From a virus (Duplodnaviria; Caudoviricetes): a stretch of 24,973 bases of DNA. This document shows positions 1 through 8,999 of this stretch, piece after piece. The translations under genes and the position numbers were made by a program. The DNA lies in the IMG/VR virus record IMGVR_UViG_3300011409_000016, positions 1 through 24,973 of that record; one strand, written 5' to 3'. Under the pieces are notes generated by a model. That model worked only from the letters and a program-made list of their open reading frames with translations. It was not told the origin of the DNA and did no database searches. Within the stretch, counting starts at the first letter, position 1; the number at the start of each line of letters is the position of its first letter.

Positions 1-2188
1 CATCGAGCGCCGATCCGTTTACGTACCAATTGTTGATGGTCGTACCTCCACCGCTCGGACGCATTCCGCTTGGAAACACCGTGGAGCCGAGAGGGATGCG
101 AACGGCTTCTGGTCCGTTCTCTCCTACCTTGATATCAACCATGCCTCCTTCGGCGTATCCTGTGACTCGTGGACCGGGACCTTGCGGTTGCCCCTTCGGT
201 GGACGACCATATTTTTTCGCAAAGGCGATGGCATCCTGCAAACTGTAGTTCAGTCGGAACCACGGTTCGAGCATGTCAACCGTAACACCCCACGGCTTTA
301 ACATCTGGTCAGAAATGTTGGCAGCCGTGACATCCGATGACCCTCCCATCGCTCGATTCGCTGCGGCCGCTTTATCAGCAGCTTCCTTTACCGCGATCAG
401 TTCCTTTTTGTTTTTCTCGGCTGCTGCGGCTGCCGCTTCCTGTGCGGCCACGAACTCTTTCCCCATGCCACGAGCAGCATCTTGAAGCTCGATCACTTTG
501 AGTCGCTGTCTCTCCAGAGCGTCGTAATGAAACCCACCGCTCCGAATCATCAGACGATACGTTTCTTCTGCGCGTTCCGCTGTTTGATTCAGTGCTCGGA
601 TAGACGTATCCTTCACGCTATCCCAGTCACTCGCGATCCCTTTCAATGCCTGATCGGCCGTAGCTCGCAAGGCTTTGTAATGTTCCGCGTAGTTCCGGTC
701 AGCAGCATCCAACTTCGTCACGGCGATATTGAATGACGCTTCAATGTCTGCAACCAATGCGTCGTAGGTCGTGCCGGACTGTTTCACGATGTTAACGAAA
801 TACTTATCCCACAACTCCGTGGTTTCCTCGAGACTCTTTTTCTCAATGGCCCAGAGGCTCGCTTCAATCTTCGCGCGATCGCCATGAGCCTTAGCCACCT
901 CACCTTGGACTTCGGCAATCTTTTTCGCATTGGCGATCGCGATCTCGTCTACCTCCACTCCTTCGGTCTGCGTTTGTTGAGCCTTCACCATCGCATCCCG
1001 AACGGTGAACAGCGTCCCACCCAGATGATCGAGTGTCTTATCCAATTCGGATTGGCCGATGAGGCCGAGTGCTGCCGCATCCGTTTGGGCACCGAGATCA
1101 ACCGTGAGCCCGCGAATGTTATCTCGGAGACTCACCACTTCGGCTACGGCGCTATCGGGTACGACATGAAGCGCATTTCCAGCGATGGCTACGGCAGCCA
1201 TGGTTTCAACGATACCGTCAGCCACCATCGCCACAACCGTGAGGACGCTCAGCACGGCTACCTTGATACCGGACCATGCCACGTTCACCACACGGGCCAT
1301 CTCGATCGCACCAAGACCGACATCCACCGCTACGATCGCCACGTTCTCTATCTGGTGTACGATGTCCGCGATCATCGTGGAGTTCTCACCGCTGAACGCA
1401 TCTGAGAATGCGTCACCAACCGCTTTCATGCCTGCAGCCAAGGCCGGAGAAACCGCCACGGCTTGGGCCAGTTCATCAATCCAATTTGTTAACGCGACCT
1501 GACCAGCCTCCAACTGTTCTCCGAAATCTCGTTCCTGATCTCCAGCCTCCTTCACCGCTTTCTGGAGCATGCCCATGATGGCAATGCGTTTGGCTTCGAC
1601 TCTCTCCAGATCCGTCATCTCATCTTTTTTGATGCCGAGCGTTTTGGCGTAGGCCGCTTCGGCGTCATCGACTTCCACGACACCGAGAGCCATGGACAAC
1701 GCACGGGTGCGTCCCGTGACCATGGCATCGGACACAAGTTCCAGCATCTTTTTCGTATCGCCCAGTCCTCGATTCTGGAGTACGAACGCAGCCGAACCAA
1801 GCGTACCGAAATCATCAGCAGTGAGCCTCACTCCAGCCGAGAGGAGATGCGCCGCATCTTTGGCCAGCGTAAAGTTCTCGACTGTGTTTTTGGTCCCGGA
1901 CCGAAGAGCCTCCATCGCGGCTTCGGCTTCTCGGGCTCCACCGGCGAAATCTACGAGAGTGGCATTGACATCGTTGATATCGGATCCGCGATTGCCTAGT
2001 GCAACTGTAGCAACGGCTACCGCCGTAAAGGCAGCCGTAACTATGCCTGCCGCACCTGCTACGGCCTTGAGACTTTCCTGATTCTCTTTCGAGAAGTTTT
2101 TCAGGGCAAAGGCCGCAAGGTCGAGCTGACTGGTGAACTCATCTTTGAGGATGATGAGACCAGCAATTGCGCCAATATCAACAGCCAC
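1..2188 (-). CDS. Tail tape measure protein (3' end runs off the window)
   Basis: Not in the ORF track. Read by hand from a GTG at 2188 overlapping the upstream TAG: MAVDIGAIAGLIILKDEFTSQLD... open to the window edge (~729 codons). Ala/Glu/Lys-rich and helical, with the typical C-terminal GYAEGG...VGENGPE motif; directly follows the tail chaperones. Confidence 0.92.
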   Translation of the reverse strand, partial: MAVDIGAIAGLIILKDEFTSQLDLAAFALKNFSKENQESLKAVAGAAGIVTAAFTAVAVATVALGNRGSDINDVNATLVDFAGGAREAEAAMEALRSGTKNTVENFTLAKDAAHLLSAGVRLTADDFGTLGSAAFVLQNRGLGDTKKMLELVSDAMVTGRTRALSMALGVVEVDDAEAAYAKTLGIKKDEMTDLERVEAKRIAIMGMLQKAVKEAGDQERDFGEQLEAGQVALTNWIDELAQAVAVSPALAAGMKAVGDAFSDAFSGENSTMIADIVHQIENVAIVAVDVGLGAIEMARVVNVAWSGIKVAVLSVLTVVAMVADGIVETMAAVAIAGNALHVVPDSAVAEVVSLRDNIRGLTVDLGAQTDAAALGLIGQSELDKTLDHLGGTLFTVRDAMVKAQQTQTEGVEVDEIAIANAKKIAEVQGEVAKAHGDRAKIEASLWAIEKKSLEETTELWDKYFVNIVKQSGTTYDALVADIEASFNIAVTKLDAADRNYAEHYKALRATADQALKGIASDWDSVKDTSIRALNQTAERAEETYRLMIRSGGFHYDALERQRLKVIELQDAARGMGKEFVAAQEAAAAAAEKNKKELIAVKEAADKAAAANRAMGGSSDVTAANISDQMLKPWGVTVDMLEPWFRLNYSLQDAIAFAKKYGRPPKGQPQGPGPRVTGYAEGGMVDIKVGENGPEAVRIPLGSTVFPSGMRPSGGGTTINNWYVNGSALD

Positions 2189-2574
2189 TAGTGGACTCCC
2201 TTTGCTGCAGCAGCCAACGCTTCATTGTTCAGGAAACACCACGCGTCAATAAGCATTTCCTGATACTCAACCGTTTGCTTCACGGTAAGATCCGCACGTG
2301 CGATTTTCAGGTCACCGAAGTTCAGAAGAAAGTCTGCGATCGGCCGTTCTTCCGTATTGCCCACTTGGGCTCTGGCAATACTCCAGAGCGCATGCACCAC
2401 ATGAGCGATCCGGTAATCCTGCCGCTCCGTTTCAAACGGTTCGAGGGATTCAAACGTTTGCCATTCGAGGAACGTTTCCCACGTGATGCTCCGCAACATG
2501 CGGTTTACATCAACGTACCCTAGTTCTTTGGCGAGTCGGTACGCGAACCGGCGATGGCCTCCTCGCCTGAGTCG
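2188..2574 (-). CDS. Tail assembly chaperone, -1 frameshift extension (lambda gpT-like part of gpGT)
   Basis: The -1 frame after A AAA AAC reads RLRRGGHRRFAYRLAKELGYVDVNRMLRSITWETFLEWQTFE..., a typical gpT-like motif. The track's 2188..2499 ORF is its distal part. Predicted fusion is 248 aa. Confidence 0.88.
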   Translation of the reverse strand, partial: RLRRGGHRRFAYRLAKELGYVDVNRMLRSITWETFLEWQTFESLEPFETERQDYRIAHVVHALWSIARAQVGNTEERPIADFLLNFGDLKIARADLTVKQTVEYQEMLIDAWCFLNNEALAAAAKGVH

Positions 2575-2933
2575 TTTTTTATTTCTTCCTTTTTCTTCGG
2601 GATCATGGAGTTCAACCGGAGTGCGGCCATCTGCAGCCGGTTGAGTACGCGCATGTTTTTCTTTTTGAGTCGTGCGATGTCCTCATGCGTGAACAACGGT
2701 TTGTTCTCCGCATCCACCGCACTCCACACGAGAATGATGAACATGCCTTCCTGTTTGTTCTCTGGCTTCTCCATCTCCTCGGTGAAGGCCGTCGAGTCTT
2801 CGGCATTCATCTGACGGAGCCGGACGATGCCCGGCTCTCCGTCTTTGCCTTTCCACTCGGGAACCAACTCCTCGATCACCTCGAGATCGAGATCGTTGTC
2901 GAAAATATCGTTCGCCGAAAGTATCTGACTCAT
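2520..2933 (-). CDS. Tail assembly chaperone (lambda gpG-like)
   Basis: 137 aa, acidic, with a VPEW...VRLRQMNAED motif; lies between tail tube and tape measure; slippery site near the 3' end. Confidence 0.88.
   Translation of the reverse strand: MSQILSANDIFDNDLDLEVIEELVPEWKGKDGEPGIVRLRQMNAEDSTAFTEEMEKPENKQEGMFIILVWSAVDAENKPLFTHEDIARLKKKNMRVLNRLQMAALRLNSMIPKKKEEIKNDSGEEAIAGSRTDSPKN
2574..2580 (-). other. -1 programmed ribosomal frameshift site A AAA AAC
   Basis: In-frame X XXY YYZ heptamer (ATA AAA AAC); a GGCGAG...CTCGCC stem starts 6 nt downstream. Confidence 0.88.
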
Positions 2934-2946
2934 GAACCTTCTCCTT

Positions 2947-3360
2947 CTATGCTTCGACCACGGCTCCGGCCCACGTCAGGGCCAACGATGCACCCTGTTT
3001 CGCATCCACCGGTGCCGGATCGAACTTGAACATCTGCACGTACGCGAATCCGGTTCGTGTCTTTCCGGATGGGAAGAGAAACTGCCATGCGTTCTTCACG
3101 TTGTTGGCAATGTCTGCCAGGATGGAGATGTGCGTGGCATCCGCGGCCACGTAGTTGATCTTCATCGTTGGATCCGCTTGCCGAAGGATCCCAAGCACGT
3201 GGCTCTCGGATCCGTCGTTGTGAGTAGAGGTTTCGATCTTGTTCCGGCTCATCCCACCGGGATCCAGTTCGGTCAGTTCCCCGATGGTAACGAACGTCGT
3301 TGGTGTCGCGAAGAGTGCCCGCTTGACGAGAATTCCAGTGGTGGTAACAGCATTCGACAT
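2947..3360 (-). CDS. Major tail (tail tube) protein
   Basis: 137 aa with the pattern IGELTELDPGGMSRNKIETSTH...GILRQADPTMKINY...WQFLFPSG typical of siphophage tubes; AGGAG RBS; immediately upstream of the chaperones. Confidence 0.88.
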   Translation of the reverse strand: MSNAVTTTGILVKRALFATPTTFVTIGELTELDPGGMSRNKIETSTHNDGSESHVLGILRQADPTMKINYVAADATHISILADIANNVKNAWQFLFPSGKTRTGFAYVQMFKFDPAPVDAKQGASLALTWAGAVVEA

Positions 3361-3407
3361 TTCATGATCTCCTTAAAGGCCGAAGTAACGTTGGGTCACC
3401 CCTGGAA

Positions 3408-3908
3408 CTAGACGCTGGATCCGAGCAGAGCGAAGTCGAACACTTGCGTACCGGCCGATGGCGTGAACTGGAGGATGTCACCGGTGACGGCGGTGATCGG
3501 CCATCCGGCTGCGTTGGGAGCGTACACCAGGAACACACCACCCGGAGGCACGGCCCACGTATGTGTGATGGCTCCGAATCCGAGAATCGGAGAAGCGGCA
3601 TCGTTGCCGATGATCACGTTCCCGGTGTTGGCAACGGCAGCCACAACCAGGATCGCTTTGAGCCGTGCGAGAACGAATGCGGCACCAAGCGCATCTACCA
3701 GTGATCCAGACAAGTCCACATCATACGCGGCAGCGATGGACTTGGCGGATTCCGTATACACGCGGTCGCATTGATCCGCTCCGGTACCCGATGCAATTGC
3801 CCGATTGACTCCGGTTTCCACACTGGCCTGAGCATTGGCCAGCCCAATCGAGTTTGACAGGATGGACCGGAGCGTAACGATGAGACTGGAAACAACAGTT
3901 GCGGCCAT
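3408..3908 (-). CDS. Putative virion structural protein (beta-rich), function unknown
   Basis: 166 aa, Ala/Gly/Val/Thr-rich, AAGGAG RBS, between tail terminator and tail tube. Confidence 0.7.
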   Translation of the reverse strand: MAATVVSSLIVTLRSILSNSIGLANAQASVETGVNRAIASGTGADQCDRVYTESAKSIAAAYDVDLSGSLVDALGAAFVLARLKAILVVAAVANTGNVIIGNDAASPILGFGAITHTWAVPPGGVFLVYAPNAAGWPITAVTGDILQFTPSAGTQVFDFALLGSSV

Positions 3909-3920
3909 GTAACTCTCCTT

Positions 3921-4343
3921 TTAACTACTGGTGACTGGTGACGAACGTTTCACGATGTTCACGTTGAAGGCAAACCGTGGTCTGCCCTTGTCGTCCTCCT
4001 CGAGATCGAGTGGCTCCGACTGCACCATGCTAATCGAACGCCACCATGTCCCATTCACGAAACGGTTTCGTACTGGAAAGAGAATATCGAATGCCCGTTG
4101 TGCCAGAGCTTTTGCTACCGCGTAATCTTCGGCTCTGGCCACGATATGAGCAGATGGCCGTGGATAGGCCGGAACATTCGGTAGGTTGTGCGTACCTTCT
4201 GGTGCTGGTCCTCCAGTCATCCGGATCGTAATGAACGACCGACTGAGTTCTTCTGGTAACGTGGCCTTGGAGCCGACGAAAATATCGGCATCCGGAATTC
4301 CTCCTTCCACGAGCAGCGTAACCAGATCATCATCGGTAGCCAT
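3921..4343 (-). CDS. Tail terminator / tail completion protein
   Basis: 140 aa; TGGPAP...YPRPSAHIVARA..Y..A and DDKGRPRFAFN motifs; position after the neck gene. Confidence 0.8.
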   Translation of the reverse strand: MATDDDLVTLLVEGGIPDADIFVGSKATLPEELSRSFITIRMTGGPAPEGTHNLPNVPAYPRPSAHIVARAEDYAVAKALAQRAFDILFPVRNRFVNGTWWRSISMVQSEPLDLEEDDKGRPRFAFNVNIVKRSSPVTSS

Positions 4344-4727
4344 TTACTTATCCTTCAAATCGATTCGACTGGCAATCCGTGCAGCCATGTGAGGAGCGGA
4401 TTCCATGAGTGGTCCCTCGATGAATTTCCAGTTGCCCACCCTATGGAACAGGTCCGGATCTTCATGCTGCCGTAATGCGTACTCTTCTGACTTGGGTCCG
4501 GTGGTGATCATGATCGTAATCGTCCGGCCTTCTCGGAACGGTCCGGCGACATGAATTTCGTCTTTCATGTCCCCGGATTCCTCCGGGCATTGTCGTTGAC
4601 ATTCCTTAACTTCGACTTTGCCTTCTTGCACCATGGCATTCCCGAACACGTCAGGAGAAACCCCCTTCAGTCGATTGATCTTCGCCAGCATGGCGTTTGC
4701 GCCGGTGAACGTAGGAACACTAGCCAT
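4344..4727 (-). CDS. HK97 gp10-like neck / tail completion protein
   Basis: 127 aa; CPEESGDMK...YALRQHED...WKFIEGPL pattern; synteny. Confidence 0.78.
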   Translation of the reverse strand: MASVPTFTGANAMLAKINRLKGVSPDVFGNAMVQEGKVEVKECQRQCPEESGDMKDEIHVAGPFREGRTITIMITTGPKSEEYALRQHEDPDLFHRVGNWKFIEGPLMESAPHMAARIASRIDLKDK

Positions 4728-5083
4728 CAGCCTAGATACACCTCTGAGAGTGCTTGCGCGTTTGTTTCACCATCAACGAATCCGTCGATGGCCAGAATCG
4801 GGCCGGAGGAACCGTCCGGCAGTGTGATGCGATCGGTGAACTTGACCACGATTGCTGGATCAAGAAACAACACCGACGCCTTGCTGAGAGCCATGTCGCC
4901 GGATGCTGTGCGGACTTGCTGTTGCTTCATGTCCACCACTGCTTTCCGGAGCACCTTCGTGGGATAGATGTGTCTGCCGTTTCGGTCCACTCCGGCTGAC
5001 ACTTCCTGATAGACATCGGACTGCATCTTCAGAGAGTTGGTCACCGAGTTTGCGATAGCGACAGCACCGCTGATGAGGCTCAT
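4727..5083 (-). CDS. Head closure (stopper) protein
   Basis: 118 aa; DRNG...KQQQVRTASG...DRITLPDG pattern; synteny. Confidence 0.72.
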   Translation of the reverse strand: MSLISGAVAIANSVTNSLKMQSDVYQEVSAGVDRNGRHIYPTKVLRKAVVDMKQQQVRTASGDMALSKASVLFLDPAIVVKFTDRITLPDGSSGPILAIDGFVDGETNAQALSEVYLG

Positions 5084-5517
5084 TCTTCGATCTCGATAGT
5101 GGCATCCAGCGTCGGGCCACCGGTGATGTTATGGAGAACGAGCGTTCCTCCGGCTGGAATCCAAATGCCTCCTCTGCCAATAACCGTAAACACCAAATCG
5201 GCCATGGCTCCAATGGTTGCCGGCATCGAGACACGTCGATAGTACGGAGAAGGAGCCGTGGGACTGGTCCCCCATGCGAGCGCGATCTTTGAGAGTGAAG
5301 GATCTCCGACTCCGTCTACCGTAGGAAACGTGATTGGAGTGGTCGGTGTGATGCCTTTCGCAGCCGGACGTCCCACACCGAAAGCTCCGGTCACCGCCGT
5401 GGCCAGGGTAATGTTGATGCCTCTCAATCGACATCCCATGGCACCAGCGATGATTTCAAACAGAGACTGAGCAGACGTGACGTTCGATGTTCGAACACCG
5501 AGTTGGAATCGTGCCAT
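5080..5517 (-). CDS. Putative virion structural protein, function unknown
   Basis: 145 aa, Thr/Gly/Ala/Pro-rich and beta-type; ATGA overlap with the next gene. Confidence 0.68.
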   Translation of the reverse strand: MARFQLGVRTSNVTSAQSLFEIIAGAMGCRLRGINITLATAVTGAFGVGRPAAKGITPTTPITFPTVDGVGDPSLSKIALAWGTSPTAPSPYYRRVSMPATIGAMADLVFTVIGRGGIWIPAGGTLVLHNITGGPTLDATIEIEE

Positions 5518-5520
5518 ACG

Positions 5521-6048
5521 TTATGCCCTTATCAGGTCCCGCACACCGGTCACCCGGCCTTTCGGATAGCCCCATGCGTTTGGAATAAGATTGAACACCG
5601 CATCAGGAACGGTTTTGGCGAAGACCGAATCCTTGAACGTGAGTGCCACTGACCCGGCTCTGACGGACGTGATTCCGAGTGTCTCGATATCAGAATCCCC
5701 CGCGCGATCTGATACCATCAGTTGACGAGCGTATTCGGCCGTCGCCTGTTTAAGCTCATTCGGAATCACGTCATCTGGAACGTACTCCCATCCGTTTAAC
5801 TTCAGCATGCCTTGACGCGGCCAGAGCAATGCTTGAAGAGAGTCCGTGGGAAGTCCGGCCCACACCCACAGTCGATCCATCAGAATGGTCGCCCACAAGA
5901 TGGCGGCATTCTTCTGGTCGTCAGTCGCACTAGCCCACGTTGTTCCAACCGGCGGTCGATCGAGGTGATATTGATTTGCCTCTGCCAATGTTGGATACGC
6001 ATTAGCAGAGGCAGATCCCGGCGTGGTAACAAGTGTCGTGACGGGCAT
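5521..6048 (-). CDS. Head-tail adaptor (DnaT-like phage family)
   Basis: Start moved to ATG 6048, just after the upstream stop. ANAYPTLAEA and QALLWPR...IPNELKQATAEYA motifs are typical of this adaptor family. Confidence 0.82.
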   Translation of the reverse strand: MPVTTLVTTPGSASANAYPTLAEANQYHLDRPPVGTTWASATDDQKNAAILWATILMDRLWVWAGLPTDSLQALLWPRQGMLKLNGWEYVPDDVIPNELKQATAEYARQLMVSDRAGDSDIETLGITSVRAGSVALTFKDSVFAKTVPDAVFNLIPNAWGYPKGRVTGVRDLIRA

Positions 6049-6052
6049 GGCC

Positions 6053-6517
6053 TTATGCCGGATCCGCCACGTAGGAGAGCAGAAAATCAATATGGGTGGC
6101 CACGGTCATGGACGCTCCCACATTGGTTGCTCGAATCGCCGTGTTGGCATCCACCTGAGTGAATGACGCACCATCCGCGAGAATCACCGCGTTGGTGGCT
6201 CCTGCACGGACACGGGCACTCTGCGTCAAGGCCGCGATAGCCACGACCAGGAGTTGCACCGCTGATCCGGCCCGGATCGCGCTGATGTTCACGGAGGTGT
6301 TCGTGGTGGCCGCTCCTCCGATTGCGATCAGCGACGCATCGAACAGTCGCCACCGCACACCGAGGAGAGCCGGAAGAAGATCCGCACCCGCGATGACTTG
6401 CGCCGTAGTCAATCGAGTACGTAGGGATTTGACCATCCCAAAAACGACTTCGATACCGGAGATGTAGCGGGATTTTACTCCGCCACTCCCTTCTGGATAC
6501 ATACGAGAATCAGCCAT
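6053..6517 (-). CDS. Putative head decoration / structural protein
   Basis: 154 aa, Ala-rich, AAGGAG RBS, directly downstream of the major capsid gene. Confidence 0.65.
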   Translation of the reverse strand: MADSRMYPEGSGGVKSRYISGIEVVFGMVKSLRTRLTTAQVIAGADLLPALLGVRWRLFDASLIAIGGAATTNTSVNISAIRAGSAVQLLVVAIAALTQSARVRAGATNAVILADGASFTQVDANTAIRATNVGASMTVATHIDFLLSYVADPA

Positions 6518-6546
6518 GAACGTTCTCCTTCAAGAAAATGGATTGA

Positions 6547-6573
6547 GCAGACGGCTCACCATGAACCGCCTGC
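6547..6573 (-). terminator. Hairpin after the capsid gene (partial terminator or mRNA stabiliser)
   Basis: GCAGGCGGUUCA-UGG-UGAGCCGUCUGC, 12 bp with G-U pairs on the mRNA strand; only a weak, offset U tract follows. Confidence 0.55.
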
Positions 6574-6593
6574 CACGGTCCCGTTCATGAACC

Positions 6594-7739
6594 TTATCCC
6601 GCGAGACGCACCCACGCGTTGGCTCGCACGACAGATCCGCCGTACAGACCGTCGTACGCCCACTGCACTTGCCGATGCTGTCTTGAAACTTCCAGCCGAA
6701 GAGACAGGCCGGACACTTCGTCGATTGCCACGGACTGCAGCGTGGCTCCGGGCACCTCCACGGTGTCCATCAGTGGCGCCATCGCGAATGCCAGCGCATC
6801 GCGATGGATCAGCGAGTTCAGACGGTGCGATGCTCTCTTGGTGAGTGCCTCATCATCGACCACGGCCGCAACGAGACCGGGCTCGAATGTGATAGAGGTC
6901 ACCGTGCCCGCACCAACCGAGGAGACCACAGTGTAGGTCTGGGCATGGCCAGCGAACGAAATGATATCACCGAGGATCAGCGTGCCGAGTGCGCCACCAT
7001 CCACGGTCACGGTCTTGATGCCGATGGCATAGCCAGCACCGTTGTTGATCAGGTATCCGGCCGTGGCCGTTCCTGCGGTGTGGAGCGGGACTCGTTGCGA
7101 CATCAGCCACAACGCACCGAGTTTGTTTCCGATCTGGCCGCGAATGATCACGCCGTCGCCGCCACCGAAGGATGCATCCTGGAACGCACGCACACCGAGT
7201 GCCTTCTCTTCTGCATCCGGATCGATGACCATGAAACGGGGTTCCATGTCCATCAACTGCACGTTGCCGACTTTTCTGGCTGCGAGATATTCCGATAGGT
7301 CCGTGGCGAACGGTGTCGTGCCGGCAACGCCCGCGTAGCCGTACGATGACGTGTACTTGGACCAGAGGAAATCCTCGATCGTGTTGGCCAATCCCTTGAT
7401 GGCTTCCGAGGCTTGCATGGGGAGGATGTTGCGATCGACCTGAGCCATGCCCTTGTCGTCCATCGCGAACGGAGCCTCTTTCCATTCCGACAGTGTGACC
7501 GGAACGTTGGTGGGCGTAACAGCGGTCACAGCCGGAGGCACGACATCCGGTGCCACCGTGCGAGTGGCCACGGCTGCAGGCACCGCGACGTTCACGGTAG
7601 CGAACCGTTTCGCCGCCGTGATTTCATTCTCGTAATCACGATTCGCGATGAAGACGAGAGCCAGCCGTTGCCGGAGAGCGGAGAGTCCCATCGCAACCGT
7701 GGTTGCGAGGATGTTGGTTGTAACGAGTGCACCTGCCAT
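6594..7739 (-). CDS. Major capsid protein, P22 coat (gp5)-like
   Basis: Start at ATG 7739 (AAGGAG RBS), 381 aa. ANRDYENE..., GDIISFAG insertion domain, HRDALAFAMAPL and GLSLRL...YDGLYG motifs match P22-coat-like capsids. Confidence 0.92.
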   Translation of the reverse strand: MAGALVTTNILATTVAMGLSALRQRLALVFIANRDYENEITAAKRFATVNVAVPAAVATRTVAPDVVPPAVTAVTPTNVPVTLSEWKEAPFAMDDKGMAQVDRNILPMQASEAIKGLANTIEDFLWSKYTSSYGYAGVAGTTPFATDLSEYLAARKVGNVQLMDMEPRFMVIDPDAEEKALGVRAFQDASFGGGDGVIIRGQIGNKLGALWLMSQRVPLHTAGTATAGYLINNGAGYAIGIKTVTVDGGALGTLILGDIISFAGHAQTYTVVSSVGAGTVTSITFEPGLVAAVVDDEALTKRASHRLNSLIHRDALAFAMAPLMDTVEVPGATLQSVAIDEVSGLSLRLEVSRQHRQVQWAYDGLYGGSVVRANAWVRLAG

Positions 7740-7751
7740 AGTGAAAGTCTC

Positions 7752-7922
7752 CTTGACACAAACGTTTTGAGTATCAAGCGACCCCACCGGAGCCGGGCAT
7801 CGTTCTCACCGAGAGGATGCCGGGATCCGAACTCACCGAGTCCAGATCCCCTAACACGGACACAAGAAAATGTAATGTCCCCACCGGGGACTCGGCACCA
7901 CATTCACCGAATGTGATACCGA
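7752..7922 (-). promoter_or_regulatory. Structured 5' leader of the capsid gene: five CGGUG-capped hairpins plus an RBS-overlapping hairpin
   Basis: CACCG on + at 7785, 7807, 7834, 7882 and 7905, each at a stem apex; non-Watson-Crick positions resolve as G-U on the minus strand. Confidence 0.8.
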
Positions 7923-7935
7923 ACGAACGGGCGTA

Positions 7936-8145
7936 CTACTTCGTGACGACGTGAAGGGAAATGTTTCCCAACTTCGTCACTGGATCGATATGGCCGCTGG
8001 TCGTCACGGTCACTTTTGATCCCGGCTCCAATGCCGACAGCACGTGATCCACCGAGGTGCGCACACCGGGTGGAACGCCGTGATCCAAACCGATTCTCTG
8101 TTTCACCTCGTCGTGCGACCCTGATGCCTCTGCACTCCAACTCAT
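7936..8145 (-). CDS. Small hypothetical protein
   Basis: 69 aa, AAAGGAG RBS, fills the gap between scaffold and capsid leader. Confidence 0.7.
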   Translation of the reverse strand: MSWSAEASGSHDEVKQRIGLDHGVPPGVRTSVDHVLSALEPGSKVTVTTSGHIDPVTKLGNISLHVVTK

Positions 8146-8158
8146 CGGATGCTCCTTT

Positions 8159-8977
8159 CTACGCGCGTTGATCGGCTGAGTACTCGATCTTCATCGTGCC
8201 TTTCCGAATCGCGTCCGCATGTTCTCCCAGTTGTTGCGGAGTGGGATCCTTCAGCAGGATCTGACCGGGTTTCAGACCACCGCCACCACTACCACCTTGA
8301 CGCAGCGGATCCGCTCCTCCTCCGTTCGAGAGCTTGAATGCAAAATCCGATTCCTTCACCTGAGATTTCAACCACTCCTCGACGGTCAGGGGATCCCCAG
8401 GTTTTTCGGAACTGAATCGATTGGCCTGTGCTTTCACCGTACCGCTCTCCACTTGGAAGACCGATGACGCCTTGGTTACGATGAAATCGAGAGCCGACGG
8501 AATCCCTCCGGCCTTGGTGAAGTGTTCGCTGATCGTTTGCCGGAGCGTCGCGTCATCCGCTCGCTTGCGGTCTGCAGCCGATGAGGCTTTCATCGAGGCC
8601 ACTTCATCCAGCAACGGTTGCTGAGCGGCCTTGACGGCAGCCGTGATCTGCGTCGAAATGTCATCCGGCTTCGTGATGCCCTTGGCCTTGAGTGCCGCCA
8701 ATTCGGTAATGGCTGCCTTGGCCGCTTCAGGGTCCTCGATGCCGGCGTACTTCGTCTTGAGTGGCCGCAACTCCTCGACTTCCTTCACGAGCTTGATGTT
8801 GTTGTCTCGAAACTCCACGACCTTGCCATTGGCCGTGGCCAACTCTGCAGCCGGAACGAATCCGGCCGGAGCCGCATCGAGAATGACGTGAAACTTTCCG
8901 TCCTTCGGTTCGTAAAACGTGCGTGCCGATTCGGGCACCTTGTCAAGCGAGTCCACAACGGGTGTCAGTGCTGGCAT
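8159..8977 (-). CDS. Capsid scaffolding protein
   Basis: Start at ATG 8977 (GAAAGG RBS). VDSLDKVPE..RTFYEPKDGKF N-terminus, EFRDNN coiled coil and Gly-rich SNGGGA tail; upstream of the capsid gene. Confidence 0.85.
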   Translation of the reverse strand: MPALTPVVDSLDKVPESARTFYEPKDGKFHVILDAAPAGFVPAAELATANGKVVEFRDNNIKLVKEVEELRPLKTKYAGIEDPEAAKAAITELAALKAKGITKPDDISTQITAAVKAAQQPLLDEVASMKASSAADRKRADDATLRQTISEHFTKAGGIPSALDFIVTKASSVFQVESGTVKAQANRFSSEKPGDPLTVEEWLKSQVKESDFAFKLSNGGGADPLRQGGSGGGGLKPGQILLKDPTPQQLGEHADAIRKGTMKIEYSADQRA

Positions 8978-8999
8978 GGTTCTAACCTTTCTTCGTTTG

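Noticed and set aside
30-2081. Plus-strand ORFs over the first 2 kb
   Set aside because: Antisense to the continuous tape measure frame.
7779-7922. CRISPR array or REP repeats
   Set aside because: Only the 5-nt apex repeats; stems differ and there is no repeat-spacer periodicity or cas gene.
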